From the human T2T-CHM13v2.0 reference genome, Homo sapiens, in the NCBI RefSeq assembly GCF_009914755.1, contig NC_060928.1: a DNA stretch of 64,000 nt. One strand, written 5' to 3'. The position numbers and the translations under genes are program-made. Numbering within the stretch: the stretch's first letter is position 1; every line of letters begins with the position of its first letter. Shown piece by piece: positions 59,076 to 64,000 of this stretch. The notes beneath the pieces are model-generated. The model made no database searches, was not told the DNA's origin, and saw only the letters and a list, made by a program, of their open reading frames with translations.

Positions 59076-59284
59076 CAGGGATCAGCAAACTATGGCATGC
59101 TGCCTGCCTTTGTAAATAAAGTTTTATTAAAACATAGCCTCACCCATTCTTTTGCATGCTATCTATGGCTGCTTTCCCATTACGACAGCAGAGTTGAGCA
59201 GCTGCAGTAGAAATCAGATGGCCCACAAAGCTTAAAATATTTACTATCTGACACTTTATGGAAGAAATGTTTGGTAACCTCTGT
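59076..59284. mobile_element. MER58A
   Basis: cagggatcagcaaactatggc...ttgtaaataaagttttattaaaacatagcc...tggcccacaaagcttaaaatatttactatctg. Confidence 0.88.
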
Positions 59285-60017
59285 CTTAGACTTTAAAAAA
59301 TCATCATGAGGAAAAAAGTCTGATTAAGTTCATACCTTAAGTTCATACCTTGAATTATTTCACATATTAGGCTATATATGAGTGATCTCAATTTCACCAT
59401 TTGGTGGAAGTGACAAATTTGGAGAGGTCTATGCTATTCTATAGATTTTTAATATAGGGCTAATTTGTAAAGTATACCCTTGTCTACTCTTGCAAAAATA
59501 CTAAGGTACAAAATTTCTTTGCATATTTGAGTTATAACATCTTCCAAATAAAAATAAGAATATACTGTAAAAGCATCTGAGGAGGATGAAGAAAAAGAAA
59601 AGGCCTTTAGGGATGGTTCAGGGAGAGAGTCTGAAGGAACCTAAGGAAAAAGTCAGCACTGCCAAAGTTCTCTGTGGTTAAAAGTTCTGCTAACCATCTG
59701 TTTATCAGCTAATTGCGACAACCTCAGCTACTCTGCCTCTATTAAGTGGTGAAACTGGGCCTCACCACTCCTGAATCCTGTGATCCTCAGTGAAATCAGG
59801 AAGCCCATTTCAATGGCAGCCTTTCCCATGTTCAACTCCAGCCTAGAGAGAACAACTCTTATACATTTGGGTATCCTTTATCCAAAATACTTGGGACCAG
59901 AAATGTTTCAGATTTGGGATTTTTTTTTCAGGTTTTGGAATATTTGCATATGCATAATGAGATATCTTGAGGATGAGACCCCCAAGACCAAAAATTATAT
60001 AAAACATGATATTTATT

Positions 60018-60057
<40 letters not shown>

Positions 60058-61439
60058 CAAAATGCTGAAGGTAATTTTATACAATATTTTTGGTAACTTT
60101 AGCATGAAACGAAGTTTGTGTACACTGAACCATCAGAAAGCAAAGGGGTCACTATTTCAGCCACCTATGTGGACAGTCTATGGTTGTTTGGCATCACCAT
60201 CATCCCTGATTCTGAATTCATCTGCTACAAATAACCAATCATTTTCTTACACTTATTCACCTATAAGTACTTAACAGTAAAAAATATGATATACCATTAA
60301 TACAGTAAAATAATAATAACAACAATGTTTTCAGGGTAACCAAGCACAGTAGCATCAACAGAATACCTCTATTGTCCATTAAACAACAGCAACAACAAAC
60401 AATGGCAGGCTTCCCATCTCCACCTGTGATTCTGTGTTTTGATTAAAAGGTTACTGTACACTGTATCTCATTGTTTTAGGTGTGAAGAAGCATCGGAAGT
60501 GGGTCCTGCAGGGCTGAGGAGGCATTCTGCTGGGTGCTTTTTAAAAATGTTTCCTCCAGAGTCATCTGCCTCATTGACAATGGTTCTTGTAAGTCTTTCT
60601 TTGATTTTATAAACTGACGTGATTTCTTATTCTGTTATGAATGCATGCTGCTCTAGTCATTCAATAAGCTCATCACTCATTTTCACCACGTTATCTATAG
60701 GCACTTTTTCAACAGTGTTAACAATATCATCTTCATGATCACTATTATCATAATCACCTTGATTCAGAACCATTTTGGCTATTTCACCATCAGACAACGA
60801 ATGAACAACTGTTAAAAACTTCTTCAATATCCACTTCTTCCAGCTTACTGATGGACTCTGAAGGTATATTTTTGCATATGTAAGAAGGTCAGGCCTGGAT
60901 TTTTCTCACTTGACATATGAAATCCTTCAAAATTGCCACCTTGTTCATCATCATCGCTGAGCATAATCACAGGCCAGAGGTTGTGCCAAGCACACACAAA
61001 TGTATCTTCAGTGTTCTAACTGTTGGCAACAGCACGTACAGCATCCTTCATGCTAAACTTCTTTTGAAACCTTCCACACCCACACCTCTGTTCACTGCTG
61101 CTACCATGATGTTCAAGAAAGTGTTTTTATATTTACTCTCTATTGATCTCAGGATACCCTTGTCAGGTGGCTGAATTAATGAAGTCACATTTGGGGGAAA
61201 GTACACGGCATAAGCATTATTTTTTATGAGAATTTTAGCTGAAGGAAATAAGCAGAACAGTTTTCAAGAAATAAAATCTTTTGGTCATCATGCAGTCTAG
61301 CTTCCCTGTAGTGAGCACAAGATGCTGGTACAAAATGTTTGTGAAACTGATCAGAAAAGATGTTCCTGATGATCTATGCCTTTCTGTTAGCATAATAATG
61401 GACTGGTAAGAAATTCACTCCTCTGTAACTGCAAGGACA

Positions 61440-61727
61440 TGGGTACAAAAAAATAGTTTAAAAGAATGAATAAGATCTAATATTTGATAACACAACTAAG
61501 TGACATAACCAATAATAATTTAATTGTACATTTAAAAATAACTAAAAAATATAACTGGATTGTTTGTAACATGAAGGATAAATGCTTGAGGTGATGGATA
61601 ACTTCATTTACCCTGATATGATTATCACACATTGTATACCTGTATCAAAATATCTCATGTACCCCACAAATATATATACCTGCTATGTACCCACAAAAAT
61701 TAAAATTAAAAAAATTTAATAAAATAA
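61440..61727 (+). mobile_element. L1MA (MA2/3-like) 3' end inserted in Tigger4
   Basis: gggtacaaaaaaatagtt...aaggataaatgcttgaggtgatggata...tatgtacccacaaaaattaaaa; TSD aactgcaagg(a/g)ca at 61427-61439 and 61728-61740. Confidence 0.9.
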
Positions 61728-62251
61728 AACTGCAAGGGCACAAGCTTGTGCCTATCACACCAAGTGTGCTTACACATGCCTGCTGCATTAGCACAGCCGA
61801 GCACAGTTCTTCTGACCTTGGCATCTTTGATTCCTGTAGGGGCTGTTTTATCATCTGCAGTCAGTGACTTTCTGGGGCAATAATGCCAAAACAGTGACGT
61901 TTCATCAGCATTATGGACTTATTCCGGTGTCAGATTTCATCAGTGATGACCTCGGCAAACACATCCATGAATTTCTCCACCGCCATGTTATCAGCAGATA
62001 TTTTATCACCACAAATATTTAAAAATGTAATGCTGTCTTTTCTTAAATTTCTGCAACCAGCCTGTTGAATATTCACAGTTCCCTTTGGTTCATCGTGATA
62101 GTTCTTTGCTTGTTTCATTTACCATTAAGTGTCATGTGTTCACTGCAACACTGATGGCCCTACTCTTTCAGTACATTATCAAGATTTTCGTTTTTAAATT
62201 TATGCAGTTTTTCTATTTTTCATTAACTTGTGTTTATCACTTTCAGGATAG

Positions 62252-62709
<458 letters not shown>

Positions 62710-63688
62710 ATTTTTCTTATCAATGTTACCCACAGGGGTTTTTTCAGGCCTCTTTGACATTTTCAACAATACATTTACACCACAGAGCAGAGAATAAGTG
62801 AAAATGACAGTCAGTAATGAATGTAGGTCTTGACCTCATGTGGGGTGTTGTGGAGAACCTGCTGTTGGTGCATTCAGCCTACACATCTGCCATTTTATTA
62901 CCCTTTGTGGACATGCTTGCATGGGGGAATATGTGTGTACCTGGAAAAGATATACTGCAGCTAAAGGGGACTAGGGGACTCTTTTTTCCTTTGGGGAGGC
63001 TGAATAAACTGTGTGTTGTGGGCCTGCATTTTGACTGCAACCCGTTACATTAAATCAGATATGGAATTTTCCACTTTGGAGAATCAGTTGACACTCAAAA
63101 AGTTTCAAATTTCGAAGCATATTGAATTTGAGATTTTTGGATTAGGGATGCTCAACTTGTAGTACTTTAGCATGCTGGTATACCCTTCAGTGATGAAAGA
63201 AGTGGTATCTAAACAATGATGAAAGGAATAACATCTAAACCTTCTTGAATCCTTAGGGATGAAATAGATGAACAGTCCAATAATATCTGTGGAAATCTAG
63301 GATTGGGGGAAAATTTCTTAATCTGACCTAATGAACAGAAAATTGACTTGCATGACCATATTGACAAGTCTTAGCCTTTCATCCAATTGTCAATTCTAAT
63401 TCAGTTTCCAAACCCAGAGCCTCTTCAGTGAAAAGGATGCTGGGACACCTGTAGGAAGAAGGCTATGATAGCACCCTGAGTTAGTGCCATAAATCTTCCT
63501 TCTGCCTTTTCCTAAAAGAATTGGAGTCATTTACACCTCCCTACACATCCCAGGGCTTGTTTACTGGCTTAGTGCTAGAATGAGCTATAGAAGACTCAGT
63601 TGCAGCCCCTATTGTGAGAATATACCTTGCAAGGTATGGTATGCTCTAGAGTGTGGCTGCATTCTGAACCAGCAGCCCATACATGCTA

Positions 63689-64000
<312 letters not shown>

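Noticed and set aside
59326-59352. 14-bp tandem duplication taagttcatacctt
   Set aside because: Ordinary slippage duplication with no further structure.
59780-60274. 164-aa ORF
   Set aside because: Spans the Tigger4 end and a (TA)n tract on the strand opposite the transposase; chance ORF.

Overview
Primate (human or great ape) genomic DNA, AT-rich and more than half transposon-derived, with the look of an intron or intergenic region. It holds L1s of several ages (an L1PA2-like copy with an open ORF2 C-terminus, a nearly full-length L1PB with TSDs), about 14 Alus, L2/MIR relics, MaLR/ERVL LTRs, hAT MERs and an apparently full-length Tigger4/Zombi with nested insertions. I cannot support any host protein-coding gene, RNA gene or CpG island, and I cannot name the locus. 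The informative ORFs are L1, Alu or Tigger-derived, or low-complexity. I found no convincing new biological system. The most unusual signals are: (1) several short templated-insertion or template-switch scars, including a 51-bp inverted copy present twice in a GGAA tract, a 55-bp exact copy 1.73 kb from its Tigger source, and antisense L1 sequence patched into an L1 3' end; (2) a perfect DR5 element and a MEIS/PBX/HOX motif cluster in unique DNA; (3) a few well-formed but unverified small exon candidates. Repeat subfamily names come from recalled consensus sequences, and boundaries of old repeats are approximate.
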